DNA of 64,000 nt from Polyangiales bacterium (GCA_038230375.1 JBBRNJ010000040.1:13167-77166); one strand, 5' to 3'; counted from the first letter of the stretch, positions 29,576 to 39,102 are shown. Numbers and translations: made by a program. Notes: generated from the sequence alone by a model not told the origin.

Positions 29576-32500
29576 TCATTGGAGCCCACCGCCCGGACCG
29601 AGCGGGCTGCCGGGACCACCGGGTCCGCCGCCACCAAATCCGGGCTGCTGCGCGAAGCGGTTGATCATCATGACGACGCTCGACTCGTCCGCCATGCCGA
29701 TGAGCTGCAGTGTGGCCTTCGCCTCCTGCAGCGTGATGGTGTCCCATGCGCGAACCCGCAACGTGCCGTCCGAGTCCAGCTCGAACGACACGGCGATGGT
29801 GACATCACCGCGGCTTGCAACGCGCAGTCCGCCGAGCTCCACCTCGCCCAGATACGTGTTCTCCGGGAAGCGCGTGCTCTCGCCCTGGCCGATGCGAATG
29901 CGGACGGCGGTCTGGCCGTCACGGCTGGTGGAGAACTTGCGCATGCGCTCGCAAGGGATCTTGGAGTTTCGCGGGATGATTGTATCGGCGTAGCCGCCTG
30001 CGGTCTCCACGATGAGCGCGCGCGGCGTGACGTCGACCAGGATGGGCGCGCCCATCCCACCGAGCGCACTCGCGGCGTCTTGCAGCTGGCCTCCGCCCGG
30101 CGGCTCCGTCGTGCCGCCGAATGGAGAATTATTTCCCATCGAGCCGCCCATGCCTGCGCCAGGGCCTGATCCCATGGGCTGCTGCTGTTGCTGCTGGGGA
30201 CCACCGAACGTCGCGAACGGCGCGATGCCGCCTTGCTGAGTTCCACCGGCGGCGGCCCCGGGTGGTGCCGAGCCCTGCTGGCCTCCGTAGCCAGAGAAGT
30301 TGGGTGCGTGCTGCGGCGGCGGGTGCGCCGGTCCCGGAGGAGGCTCGCTCCCGAAGTTCGAGAACCCAGCCGGCGGCGAGTTGGATGGATACGGGCCAGG
30401 CGGCGCCGAGCCGAAGTTGCCGGGCGGGCTGGAGCCCATTCCTGGCGGCGGTGGCTGTGAGCGCGCCGGGTTCGCCGAGGGCTCGAGGTTCACGGTGCTG
30501 CCACGTGCGCCAACGGGAAGGGGAGGCGCCTGTCCGGGGCCGCGCGCGGGGCTTGCCTGTGTTGGGCTCATGCCTGCGTTGGGTCCGCGCGCCTGCATGG
30601 GCTCGGGCGCACCCTGCATCTGCGTGGTGTTCGCGCCCTGCCTGGCCGGTCGCGCGCGTGGGTCGCTGCCGGTGGGATCGACCATGCCGGTCGGAAGAGG
30701 AGACGTGCGCTCCTGGATCGATGGGATGGACGGGATGGACGGAGACGACACGCCCGAGGTGGAGATGAGCGAGAGATCGTCGCTCACCTGACCGAACTGT
30801 TCGGGATCCTCGCGTCGGCCGTCGCGACGTGAGGACGAGGCGCCCTTCGGCGGCACCGGGTCGACCATCTGCGTCTGCGTGACGCCAGTGGTGGAGACGA
30901 GCTAGAGGTCGCGCACCTCTCCGAACGGTCCTTGCGTCTCCTCATCGGAGGCTGGACCACCGTATGGCGCGTTGCCGGGATAAGCGGTCGCTGTCGGGCT
31001 CGTGATGTTCGCGCGGCCGCTTGGTGTGCTGTAGAGCGACGGCGGCTCGTCCATCGCGCCGAAGCCGCCTGGTCCCGACGGGATCCGCGGCGCCTTCTGG
31101 AGGACCTGCTCGGAGTCAACCTGTGCGGTGAGCGTGCTCGCGTTCTGGTTCCATTCGAACGGAGAGCCACCGACGAGATCGGGGACGCTCTGCAGCGACG
31201 GATCCTCCGCGCCATGCCCCGGCTTCGGCAGCGTGGGCATCGGGTTCGTGTGGGGAGCCGCCTGGGTGACCATCGTGTTGGGCGGCTGCGACTGCTTGCC
31301 CGGCATGCCCGGTACGGCGGGCAGCCTGCCCGGCACATGAGAGGTCTTCTGGCCCGGGACCTGCGACACCTTGGCCGGCGGGGACGAACCCCGTGCCCCT
31401 GGCGGCGACGAGCCTCTTGCGCCCGGAGGAGAGGAGCCGCGCGCGGCCTGGCCCGGAACGCCCGACTGCTTCTTCTGCGTCGGAACGCCCTGCGTGACGG
31501 ACGTGTTCTCGTTGCGACCGAGCACGTCGCCTTCGGTCACGTCCTCGACCTCGCCGCCGGTTCCACGCATCGTGCGCGGCGCGTTGCCTGCGGGGACGGC
31601 GGGCGGCGCGGGGATCTCGCGCCTGCGGTTGGCGTCAACGAGAGCTGCGGCCTGGATCGCCGCGCCGACGGCGACGACCTCGTCCGGGTTCAGCTTGTCC
31701 ATCGGCTTGGCGCCGAAGAATGCCTCGACGCGCTGCCGCACGAGTGGGATGCGCGTGGAGCCACCGACGAGGATGATGCGATCGAACGACGTGGGGGAGA
31801 GGCGCGCAAGACCGAGCGCGTCCTGCGTGACCTTGAAGCTTCGCTCTATGAGCGGCGTGATGAGCTGGTCGAGCTCCCTCCGCTTCATGGAGAACTGGAC
31901 GTTGAGCGGCGCACCGCCAACGCCGAAGCCGACGTCGTCGAGCGCCATGTGCGCCTCTTCCTGCGTCGACAGGGTCATCTTGAGCGTTTCGCCGGCGACC
32001 TTGAGGCGCTCGAACGCCTGGTTGTCGGAGCGTGCGTCGAAGCGATATGTGCGAAGAATGTACTCACACATGCGCTCGGCGATCGCGGCGTCCACGTCGT
32101 CGCCGCCAAGGAACGAGTCACCGGCGCTCGCGAGCACCTCGAACACGTTCCCGTTCAGATCGAGCAGCGTGCAGTCGAACGTGCCACCGCCGAAGTCGTA
32201 GATGGCGACGCGCTCTGCGCCGCCGCGTCCAAGGCCGTATGCGAGCGCGGCCGCCGTCGGCTCGTTCAGGATGCGCATGACCTCGACGCCGCTGATGCGA
32301 CCGGCCACCTTCGTGGACGCGCGCTGCAGCTCGTTGAAGTGCGCAGGCACCGTGATGACGGCGCGCTCGACGGGCTCGCCCAGCGCGGTCTCTGCGATCT
32401 GCCGCGCGCGCTTGAGCACGAAGGCGCTGATCTCGGGGAGCGTGTAGTCCTGCCCGCGGACATGCACGAGCGCGCCCTGACCGGGACCTTCGCGCAGCTC

Positions 32501-32770
32501 GAATGGTGAGCGCTGTCGCGCCTCCACCAGCTCGGGGCTGTTCCACGAGTGCCCGATGATGCGCTTGTGGTTGGCGATGGTGTGCTTCGGGTCGATGACC
32601 CGTCGCGCCTTCGCGGGCTGGCCGGTGAGGACCTCGCCATTGGGGTGGAAGCTCACGATGCTCGGCAGGAGACGGTTGCCCGTCTCGTCTGCAAGTACGT
32701 GGACCTTGCCGCCGCGCACGCACGCGACGACTGTATTGGTGGTTCCGAGATCGATTCCGACGACGCTCAT
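29576..32770 (-). pseudogene. Atypical Hsp70/DnaK-family protein (~1064 aa) with a long Pro/Gly insert, interrupted by in-frame TAG at 30902-30904
   Basis: NBD: GIDLGTTN, NEPTAAALAYG, DFGGGTFD, VGGSTRIP. SBD: DVTP, IIPRNSKIP, GQGE. Both ORFs are in the same frame, separated by a single stop. Confidence 0.88.
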
Positions 32771-32808
32771 GGTGGCTTCGCCGCCGCGCGGCTAACTGAT
32801 TGATATCA

Positions 32809-33351
32809 TCATGTAGCGGGGGATAGCGCGCGAATTCGCGCGATCTCGTCATCGATCCAGCGGTTGATTTGCCGGGGAAATGGCCACATCCAGCCATAGT
32901 CAGGGCCCGTGAAGCGCGCGATCAGCATGGGGCGCAGCTTCTCGCAGGCGTCGATCCCGTAGACCTCGGCCGTGGCGCGGAGGGTCTGCACATAGGCCTC
33001 CCACTCGATCCGCGCGCGACCCCACGCGAGGAAGAGCGGAAAGAAGGGGAGCAGGTAGACGACGCCCATCACGAACCCGCCCATGCGCGCGCGTTGCCGG
33101 AGGTGGACGCGCTCGTGGCAGAGCAGCACGTAGCGATCGTCGTCCGACATGTCTTCGTAGCTGTCCGGCACCCAGAGCTTGCCGAAGAGCGCCGTGTGAT
33201 AGCGCGTCATGTACGACCGCTGACCTCCAAGGGTCACGATCCGCAGCGCGACGTCGATCGCCGCCTGCAGACGATCGCTGCGCTTGGGCACGATGCGAAA
33301 CGAGGGGAACTCCGCCTCGATCTCGGCGATGAGCGCGCGCGATCTCTTCAC
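32809..33351 (-). CDS. Hypothetical zincin-like membrane-associated protein
   Basis: HERVH then EWEAY; one hydrophobic segment. Confidence 0.7.
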   Translation of the reverse strand: MKRSRALIAEIEAEFPSFRIVPKRSDRLQAAIDVALRIVTLGGQRSYMTRYHTALFGKLWVPDSYEDMSDDDRYVLLCHERVHLRQRARMGGFVMGVVYLLPFFPLFLAWGRARIEWEAYVQTLRATAEVYGIDACEKLRPMLIARFTGPDYGWMWPFPRQINRWIDDEIARIRALSPAT

Positions 33352-33374
33352 CCGGTCACTATATCAGTCAGCTT

Positions 33375-33433
33375 AAAAGCAGACGTCGCGCAACGACCTG
33401 GGGGGGGATTAGGTCATCGTCGCGACGTCTTGT
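33375..33433 (-). ncRNA. Candidate small hairpin RNA or leader with a C8 loop
   Basis: 19-bp stem (one bulge, two G-U pairs), loop AAUCCCCCCCC, followed by GCUUUU; begins at the predicted sigma54 +1. Confidence 0.5.
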
Positions 33434-33443
33434 CCGTCTCTCA

Positions 33444-33459
33444 AGCGAGATGCGTGCCA
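33444..33459 (-). promoter_or_regulatory. Sigma54-like promoter
   Basis: TGGCAC-GCATC-TCGCT: GG/GC spacing correct, one mismatch to TTGC. Confidence 0.6.
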
Positions 33460-33575
33460 CGGCTCTCCGTCTGCGTGCCATGCACTTGGCGCGGGCCTCG
33501 CCGCGTCGCACTTCAGATCTGAAAAAGCGGGCTTCATGGACGAAACGCCTCATCCAGCGGCGCTACAATCGGTGC

Positions 33576-34205
33576 GTGGCGAGCATCGGCCCCAACGTGA
33601 TCGGCTTCGACGACGGCCCCTTCGCGCCCGACCACCGCGGGGACGTCCTCCTGGTGGGCGTGGTGTGCTCGCGCACGCGCATCGACGGCATCGTGTCCGG
33701 GAAGGTCAGGCGCGACGGCGCGAACTCGACCCGGGTCATGATCGAGCTCCTGCGCCAGAGCCAGTTCGGTGAGCATGTGCGCGCCGTGCTCCTGCAGGGC
33801 ATCGCGGTCGCTGGGTTCAACGTCGTCGACATCCACGGTCTGTCTCGCGCGCTGTCCTTGCCCGTGCTCGTCGTCACGCGCCGGCAGCCGAACCTCCACG
33901 AGGTGGAGCGCGCGCTCTTCAGCGGTGCTCCACACGGCCGTCCGAAGGTGCTGGGCGCGAAGAGGAAGTGGGCGCTCATCCAGGGCGCCGGTCCGCTCGA
34001 GGCGCTCGGTCCGTCCCGGCGGTCGCAAAAGAGAGGGACTGCGCCCGCGTGGTCCCTACACGTGCAGAGGGCAGGGCTCTCCAGGGACGAGGCACGCGAT
34101 CTCGTTGTCGCGACGACACTGCACGGCAACATCCCGGAGCCGCTACGTGTCGCGCATCTGATCGCAGGCGGAATCACGACAGGCACGAGCCGCGGCCGAG
34201 CCTGA
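33576..34205 (+). CDS. DUF99 (endonuclease V-like) family protein
   Basis: VIGFDDGPF, GIAVAGFNVVD, IPEPLRVAHLIAGG. Confidence 0.85.
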   Translation: MASIGPNVIGFDDGPFAPDHRGDVLLVGVVCSRTRIDGIVSGKVRRDGANSTRVMIELLRQSQFGEHVRAVLLQGIAVAGFNVVDIHGLSRALSLPVLVVTRRQPNLHEVERALFSGAPHGRPKVLGAKRKWALIQGAGPLEALGPSRRSQKRGTAPAWSLHVQRAGLSRDEARDLVVATTLHGNIPEPLRVAHLIAGGITTGTSRGRA

Positions 34206-34228
34206 GCGCGCGCAATGATGCGCTGGTC

Positions 34229-35791
34229 TCACCACGAGGTCGGGCGATAGTCCTTGAGGAACTTCCCCGAGTGGTGCTCTCCCGTCAGCAGACCGGAGAA
34301 GAACGGGTCGCAGATCCTTGCGGCCCCGTCCACGATGTCGAGCGGCGGCTGGAAGTCGTGCTCCTCCGTCTTGCGCGCGGCGATCTGCGCGGGGTCCTCA
34401 TCTGTCACCCAGCCCGTGTCAACGGCGTTCATGAAGATGCCGTCTGCGGCGTAGTCGGGCGCAGAGGTCAGCGTCATCATGTTGAGCGCAGCCTTCGCCA
34501 TGTTCGTGTGCGGGTGCTTGTCGGTCTTGGTGCGGCGCGAGAACTGCCCCTCCATCGCCGACACGTTCACGATGTGCTTGTCGTCCGTTCGGTGCCGCAT
34601 CATGAGCGGCTTCAGCTTGCTCGCCAGGATGAAGGGCGCAACGGCGTTCACCAGCTGCACCTCCAGCATCTCCGGCGCCGGCACGTCACCAAGCGTGAGG
34701 CGCCAGCTGTTCACGGTGCGGAGGTCGATCTGCTGTTCGTCCGCGTCCGACAGGCCAAGAGGGAAGGCCTGCTTCCCGCCGCCGTCGTCGTCGTAGGCGC
34801 ACGGGAGCTGCGACATGGCCGCAGACGCGCGAATGCCAATGCCTGCTTCGCCGCCCTGGAACGCCACGAGGCGCATGGTCGTGTCGCGCATGTCGCGCCC
34901 ACCGCGTGAAGCTACGCCGTGGCCATGTGACTCGAGCGAGAGCGCCGCCTTGCACGCCTCGTGACCGCGCAGGACGGAGCGCACGTCGTCCGGCAGCTCC
35001 TCCCACGGCTTCGATTCGAGCGCCAGGAGATGCGTGTAGAATGCAGGTGGTCGTCGGACGGTCTGCGCGGCGTTGTTGATGAGGATGTCCAGGCGGTCCT
35101 TCTTCGCGCAGAGGTACCGCGCAAAGAGCTCCACGCTGGGCGCATGGCGCAGGTCCAGTCCGAAGACGGAGAGCCGCTCCGACCAGCGCGCGAAATCGGC
35201 TTCGCGCGCGAAGCGGGACGCTGCGTCGTGTGGGAAGCGGGTGGTGACCAGCACCTCTGCGCCCGCGCGCAGCATCATGAGCGCCGCCTGGAAGCCGATC
35301 TTCACGCGCGCGCCCGTGATCAGCGCCACGCGTCCGTCCAGCTTCGCGGTCTGGAAGCGCTTGTCGTAGTTGAACTGCGCGCACGTGGGGCAGAGCGCGT
35401 CGTAGAAGAAGTGGAGCTTCTTGAACTCCTGCTTGCACACGTAGCAGTCACGCGGCTTCAAGAGCTCCGGCCGCTCCTCGGCGGTGGGGGCGGATACGCC
35501 CGGCTGGAGCTGCGGCGGCGGGGCGAAGACCTCCGCGCGTCGGGCAGCGCGGATCTCGGTGGTGGCCCGCGACTCTCGGTCGGTGTCGCGCGTCTTCTTG
35601 CGCTCGACCCTGCGGAACGCCTTGGACACGCGGATGCTCTCGTCGCGCGTTGGCCGCGAGATGCGGCCCGCGGCGATCAGGATGCGCACGCGAACGTCGG
35701 GGTCGACGTAGGAGAGGAGAGTGCGATCAAGGACGATCGCCTCGAGCACCTCGATCGTCCGCTGGAGCTCTTCGGGAGTGAGGGCAGGCAT
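34229..35791 (-). CDS. Extended SDR-family oxidoreductase with CxxC...CxxC region
   Basis: TGARVKIG, INNAA, NVSAMEG, HTNMAK. Confidence 0.88.
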   Translation of the reverse strand: MPALTPEELQRTIEVLEAIVLDRTLLSYVDPDVRVRILIAAGRISRPTRDESIRVSKAFRRVERKKTRDTDRESRATTEIRAARRAEVFAPPPQLQPGVSAPTAEERPELLKPRDCYVCKQEFKKLHFFYDALCPTCAQFNYDKRFQTAKLDGRVALITGARVKIGFQAALMMLRAGAEVLVTTRFPHDAASRFAREADFARWSERLSVFGLDLRHAPSVELFARYLCAKKDRLDILINNAAQTVRRPPAFYTHLLALESKPWEELPDDVRSVLRGHEACKAALSLESHGHGVASRGGRDMRDTTMRLVAFQGGEAGIGIRASAAMSQLPCAYDDDGGGKQAFPLGLSDADEQQIDLRTVNSWRLTLGDVPAPEMLEVQLVNAVAPFILASKLKPLMMRHRTDDKHIVNVSAMEGQFSRRTKTDKHPHTNMAKAALNMMTLTSAPDYAADGIFMNAVDTGWVTDEDPAQIAARKTEEHDFQPPLDIVDGAARICDPFFSGLLTGEHHSGKFLKDYRPTSW

Positions 35792-35852
35792 TCCGCGGGC
35801 GGACCTTAGCCGTTGCCGCGCTCTGATTCCACCGTGGTAAGGGTCGGAGCGT

Positions 35853-36314
35853 ATGCAGGGTCGTCCGTACTGGTATCTGGTCCCGTGTCTGGGCGTCGAC
35901 ATCGCCGATCTGCAGGACACGCTCGATGAGCTGCGCCAGCGCGAGTTCACCGCCGGTCGTTACTATCCCGCGGTGCCAACGGTGGACTTCGTGGAGCCTG
36001 CGTTCAGCCGGCAGCGTCGCGGCGCACGACACGACAGCATCGAGGACGCGATCATGGACGCTGGCGAGGAAGGCACCCGCTCCATCCTGGACATCCACAC
36101 CGTGAGCACGCGACCGGGCTTCGGCATGGCCTCGCCGTTCCCGCGGGCCGCGTACATGGAGCTGTACGGAACGGAGCGGCCGACGCAGCACGAGGTCCGC
36201 GGAAACAAGGATTTTCTACGCTGGGCATCACCTGCACAATGCATCTATGTCCTGGTCTACGCGGAGGGCGACGTCCCGACCGAGGTGCTCTTCGCGGGTC
36301 GCTCCTTCGGTTGA
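35853..36314 (+). CDS. Hypothetical protein
   Basis: Clean ORF with GGAG SD and coding-type codon bias. Confidence 0.7.
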   Translation: MQGRPYWYLVPCLGVDIADLQDTLDELRQREFTAGRYYPAVPTVDFVEPAFSRQRRGARHDSIEDAIMDAGEEGTRSILDIHTVSTRPGFGMASPFPRAAYMELYGTERPTQHEVRGNKDFLRWASPAQCIYVLVYAEGDVPTEVLFAGRSFG

Positions 36315-36327
36315 CACGAGATTGTTG

Positions 36328-36349
36328 GCCCCGCCGGTGCGGGCTTTTT
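36328..36349 (+). terminator. Possible intrinsic terminator
   Basis: GCCCCGC-CGGT-GCGGGC then TTTTT. Confidence 0.45.
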
Positions 36350-36420
36350 ACGATTCGACTCGGAGGCTACGAGCGCGCTCTGTTTGGCGCGCCGCCGCTT
36401 GTCCGAAGGAGGCTTGGAAG

Positions 36421-36798
36421 ATGCTCACCGCGGTTCGCAGCTCGTTTCGCCGGTATGTCCGTGTCCCCTGCCAGGTCGTGCGCGAGCACGATTTCAAGCT
36501 CGTCGCGGACCTCGGGCTCGATCTCTCGACGACCGGCATGCGCGTGCGCGGCCTCACGAAGGTGCTCTCCGGTGAAGAGGTCGTGGTGAGCTTCAAGCCC
36601 CCGCGGTCGAACGCGTACATCGATCTGACCGCCACGGTCGCGCGTGTCCTTCACGGCAACCGCCCCGGCGATCGCGGCCTCGCGTTCGGCCTGGAATTCC
36701 AGGGCCTCGAGAAGGACATGTACGATCTCCTCTTCGAGCACCTGAAGGGCCTCTCACCCGCTGAAGCCATGCGGCCGCTGCGTCCTCTGGCGGCGTAG
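36421..36798 (+). CDS. PilZ domain protein
   Basis: RSSFR (RxxxR) and DLSTTG (DxSxxG); SD AAGGAGG. Confidence 0.85.
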   Translation: MLTAVRSSFRRYVRVPCQVVREHDFKLVADLGLDLSTTGMRVRGLTKVLSGEEVVVSFKPPRSNAYIDLTATVARVLHGNRPGDRGLAFGLEFQGLEKDMYDLLFEHLKGLSPAEAMRPLRPLAA

Positions 36799-36857
36799 TT
36801 TCGGCTTTCGGCTCGACGCTTCGGTGACGCCTGATGCGTGGTGCAGCGCCTTTGTCG

Positions 36858-36978
36858 CGTGGGCCCTCCGGGCCCCTCATTTCGCTCCGCGAACTGAGCC
36901 TCCCCACGTCTCGCTCACGCGATGTCGTGCTCCGCACGACTCAGGGTTACTGGCGCCGCTGACCCATGTGCGAGCGAG
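36858..36978. repeat. Structured REP-like multi-hairpin element
   Basis: Three stems with an identical C-TCC-G loop, nested in larger inverted repeats. Confidence 0.55.
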
Positions 36979-36982
36979 ATCG

Positions 36983-37076
36983 AGGTCGGGGTCGAAGTTC
37001 AGGTCGGGGTCGACGTTCAGGTCGGGGTCGACGTTCAGGTCGACGTTCAGGTCGTCGTCGAGGTCGTCGTCGTCGA
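36983..37076. repeat. 18-bp tandem repeat (AGGTCGGGGTCGACGTTC x3) decaying into 12-bp and GTC units
   Basis: Read directly; contains the fmt stop codon. Confidence 0.9.
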
Positions 37077-38006
37077 CGCGCCCAGGATGTCGCCTTCTGC
37101 TACTCCTCTTCCCATTGCCCAGTCGGCTCCGTTGACTGTTTTTTTTCCTTCGAGCTGCACCCTGACCAGCTCGATGGCGCCGGGGTCGCAGGCTACGAGG
37201 ACGCGTGTCTTGTCCGCGATCAGGACCTCTCCGGGCCTCTTGTCCGTTCGCGATACGTCGCTCACGCGTGTCTCGTGCACCTTGATGATCTTGTCGCCGC
37301 GCTTCGTGAACGCCCCGGGCCACGGCGACATGCCGCGTACGTGATCGTGCACGCGACGCGCGGGCACCGTGAAGTCCATCCGGCCGTCCTCCTTCTTCAG
37401 GATGGGCGCCAGTGTGGCCTGCGCGTGGTCCTGTGCGATCTCCGTGTACTCCCCGCGCACGTACTTCGGTAAGCCCTTGCGTACCGCCAGCGCGCCGATC
37501 GCGGCGAGGCGCGTGGAGAGCTCGCCCGCGGTCTCTTCGGAGCTGATCTCTGTCGCGAACTTCTCGAGGATGTCACCGGTGTCCATGCCGACGTCCATCT
37601 TCATCAGCGTGACGCCGGTCTCCGTCTCGCCGCGGACCAGGGCCCACGTGATGGGCGCCGCGCCGCGGAGCTTCGGCAGGAGTGAGGCATGCACGTTCAC
37701 GCACCCGAGCCGCGGGCCCGACAGCACGTCGAGCGGCAGGATGCGCCCGTAGGCCACGACCAGCGCCACGTCCACGTTCTGCTCGCGCACCCACGCAGCG
37801 AACGTCCCGTCACGAAGCTTCGTGGGCTGCGTGACTGCAAGGCCCAGCGCCTCGGCGCACACCTTCACCGGTGGCGGCGTGACCACGTTGCCGCGCCCCG
37901 CTGGCCGGTCCGGCTGACACACGACGCCCACGACGTCCGCGATCTCCGCGAGCGCCTGCAGCGACGGGACCGCAAACTCCGGCGTTCCGAAGAACAGCGC
38001 GCGCAT
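37047..38006 (-). CDS. fmt: Methionyl-tRNA formyltransferase
   Basis: FFGTPEFA, QPDRPAGRG, NVHASLLPKLRGAAPI, MDTGD. Confidence 0.97.
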   Translation of the reverse strand: MRALFFGTPEFAVPSLQALAEIADVVGVVCQPDRPAGRGNVVTPPPVKVCAEALGLAVTQPTKLRDGTFAAWVREQNVDVALVVAYGRILPLDVLSGPRLGCVNVHASLLPKLRGAAPITWALVRGETETGVTLMKMDVGMDTGDILEKFATEISSEETAGELSTRLAAIGALAVRKGLPKYVRGEYTEIAQDHAQATLAPILKKEDGRMDFTVPARRVHDHVRGMSPWPGAFTKRGDKIIKVHETRVSDVSRTDKRPGEVLIADKTRVLVACDPGAIELVRVQLEGKKTVNGADWAMGRGVAEGDILGASTTTTSTTT

Positions 38007-38011
38007 GACCG

Positions 38012-38782
38012 TCAGATGACCTCGATGGGGATCTTCGGGGCAGTCACTTCGTGCTCCACGCCCTCGAACACGCCCACGAGCGGCGTGATCACGCGCAGCA
38101 TGTACTTGCCCTTGGGGAGCGGGCCCGCGGGGGTGCGCGGATAGCCGCGGTCCAGGATGGCGCCCTTCACCTTGGTCGGATCCCACTTCATCTTGGACGC
38201 AGTCCAGTTCAACTTCACCTTGCCGTAGCCGTTCGGCGCGATCGTGTACTTCGCGATCTTCGGCTCGGCGCCCTGCGGCTGGACCATGTCCTTCGGGAAC
38301 GGCGGAGGATTGCCGCCTGGCACGTCCACGCGCTTGTTCTTCTCGTTGTAGGCCTCGATCGTGAAGTGCGGCTCCGGGTTGATCTGGAAGAAGAGCGTGA
38401 GCGGCTCCTTGGACTTGTTCACGAACGACACGACGATCTCCGCGATCGCGCCCGGCTGCACCTTGGTCGGGAAGGGCGAGACGCGGATCTCGAGCTTGTC
38501 CTTCATGTCCACGGTGCCCTGCGCGGCGGTCATGTCCTTCATCTCACAGCCGATCTTCATGAGCGCTTCGTCCAGCTTCGGCTCCTCGAAGCCGGTGCAC
38601 TCACTGCCACCGCCGTCCGCGCCGCCTCCGCCTCCGAAGCCCGAAGGCTCCTCGCTGCCGGCGTCTGCCGCGGAGTCGTCGTGCGTTGTCTTCGCGGGCT
38701 TCTTGTTGCCACCGCCGCACGCGATGATCGCGACGGGTAGGACCATGGTCAGCGCGGCGATGAGCGTCTTCAGTCGATGCAT
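38012..38782 (-). CDS. Hypothetical lipoprotein
   Basis: Lipobox IIAC; beta-rich C-terminal domain. Confidence 0.8.
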   Translation of the reverse strand: MHRLKTLIAALTMVLPVAIIACGGGNKKPAKTTHDDSAADAGSEEPSGFGGGGGADGGGSECTGFEEPKLDEALMKIGCEMKDMTAAQGTVDMKDKLEIRVSPFPTKVQPGAIAEIVVSFVNKSKEPLTLFFQINPEPHFTIEAYNEKNKRVDVPGGNPPPFPKDMVQPQGAEPKIAKYTIAPNGYGKVKLNWTASKMKWDPTKVKGAILDRGYPRTPAGPLPKGKYMLRVITPLVGVFEGVEHEVTAPKIPIEVI

Positions 38783-39102
38783 GCTTGCCAACTTTCGGGA
38801 GAAGGCGCCTTCATGGCGCAATCGAGCTCGGACGTCCGGACTTCGGCTTCGCACTGCGCGAGCGCCTTCTTGTAACTCTCCTCGCCCTTCTTTTGGGCCT
38901 TTTTCGTCTCGATGACCGCCGCCCGCTCCCTTTCTGGGGCACGCGCGACGTCATCGGTGCGGCCGGCTTCCATGCCGATGTATTTATCGATCATGGCTGT
39001 GCATTCCGCGCGCGTCGCGTGACGCGAACACCCTGCTGCCAGGAACGCCGGGAGCACCGCGAAGGCCAGGACGGGCAGGAGGGGGGCATGGGCCCGACGC
39101 AT
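38770..39102 (-). CDS. Small helical Cys-containing lipoprotein
   Basis: Lipobox AAGC; five further Cys. Confidence 0.75.
   Translation of the reverse strand: MRRAHAPLLPVLAFAVLPAFLAAGCSRHATRAECTAMIDKYIGMEAGRTDDVARAPERERAAVIETKKAQKKGEESYKKALAQCEAEVRTSELDCAMKAPSPESWQACID

Noticed and set aside
30902..30904. Pyrrolysine or recoded TAG
   Set aside because: Other genes here end normally in TAG, no pyl genes are seen, and the internal repeat points to Ser
36384..36400. TGGCGC sigma54-like site before pilZ
   Set aside because: GG-to-GC spacing is one base short
36983..37076. CRISPR array
   Set aside because: Units are head-to-tail with no spacers, and no cas genes are present
36877..37323. ORF encoding DLNVDP repeats
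   Set aside because: Overlaps fmt out of frame; a by-product of the tandem repeat
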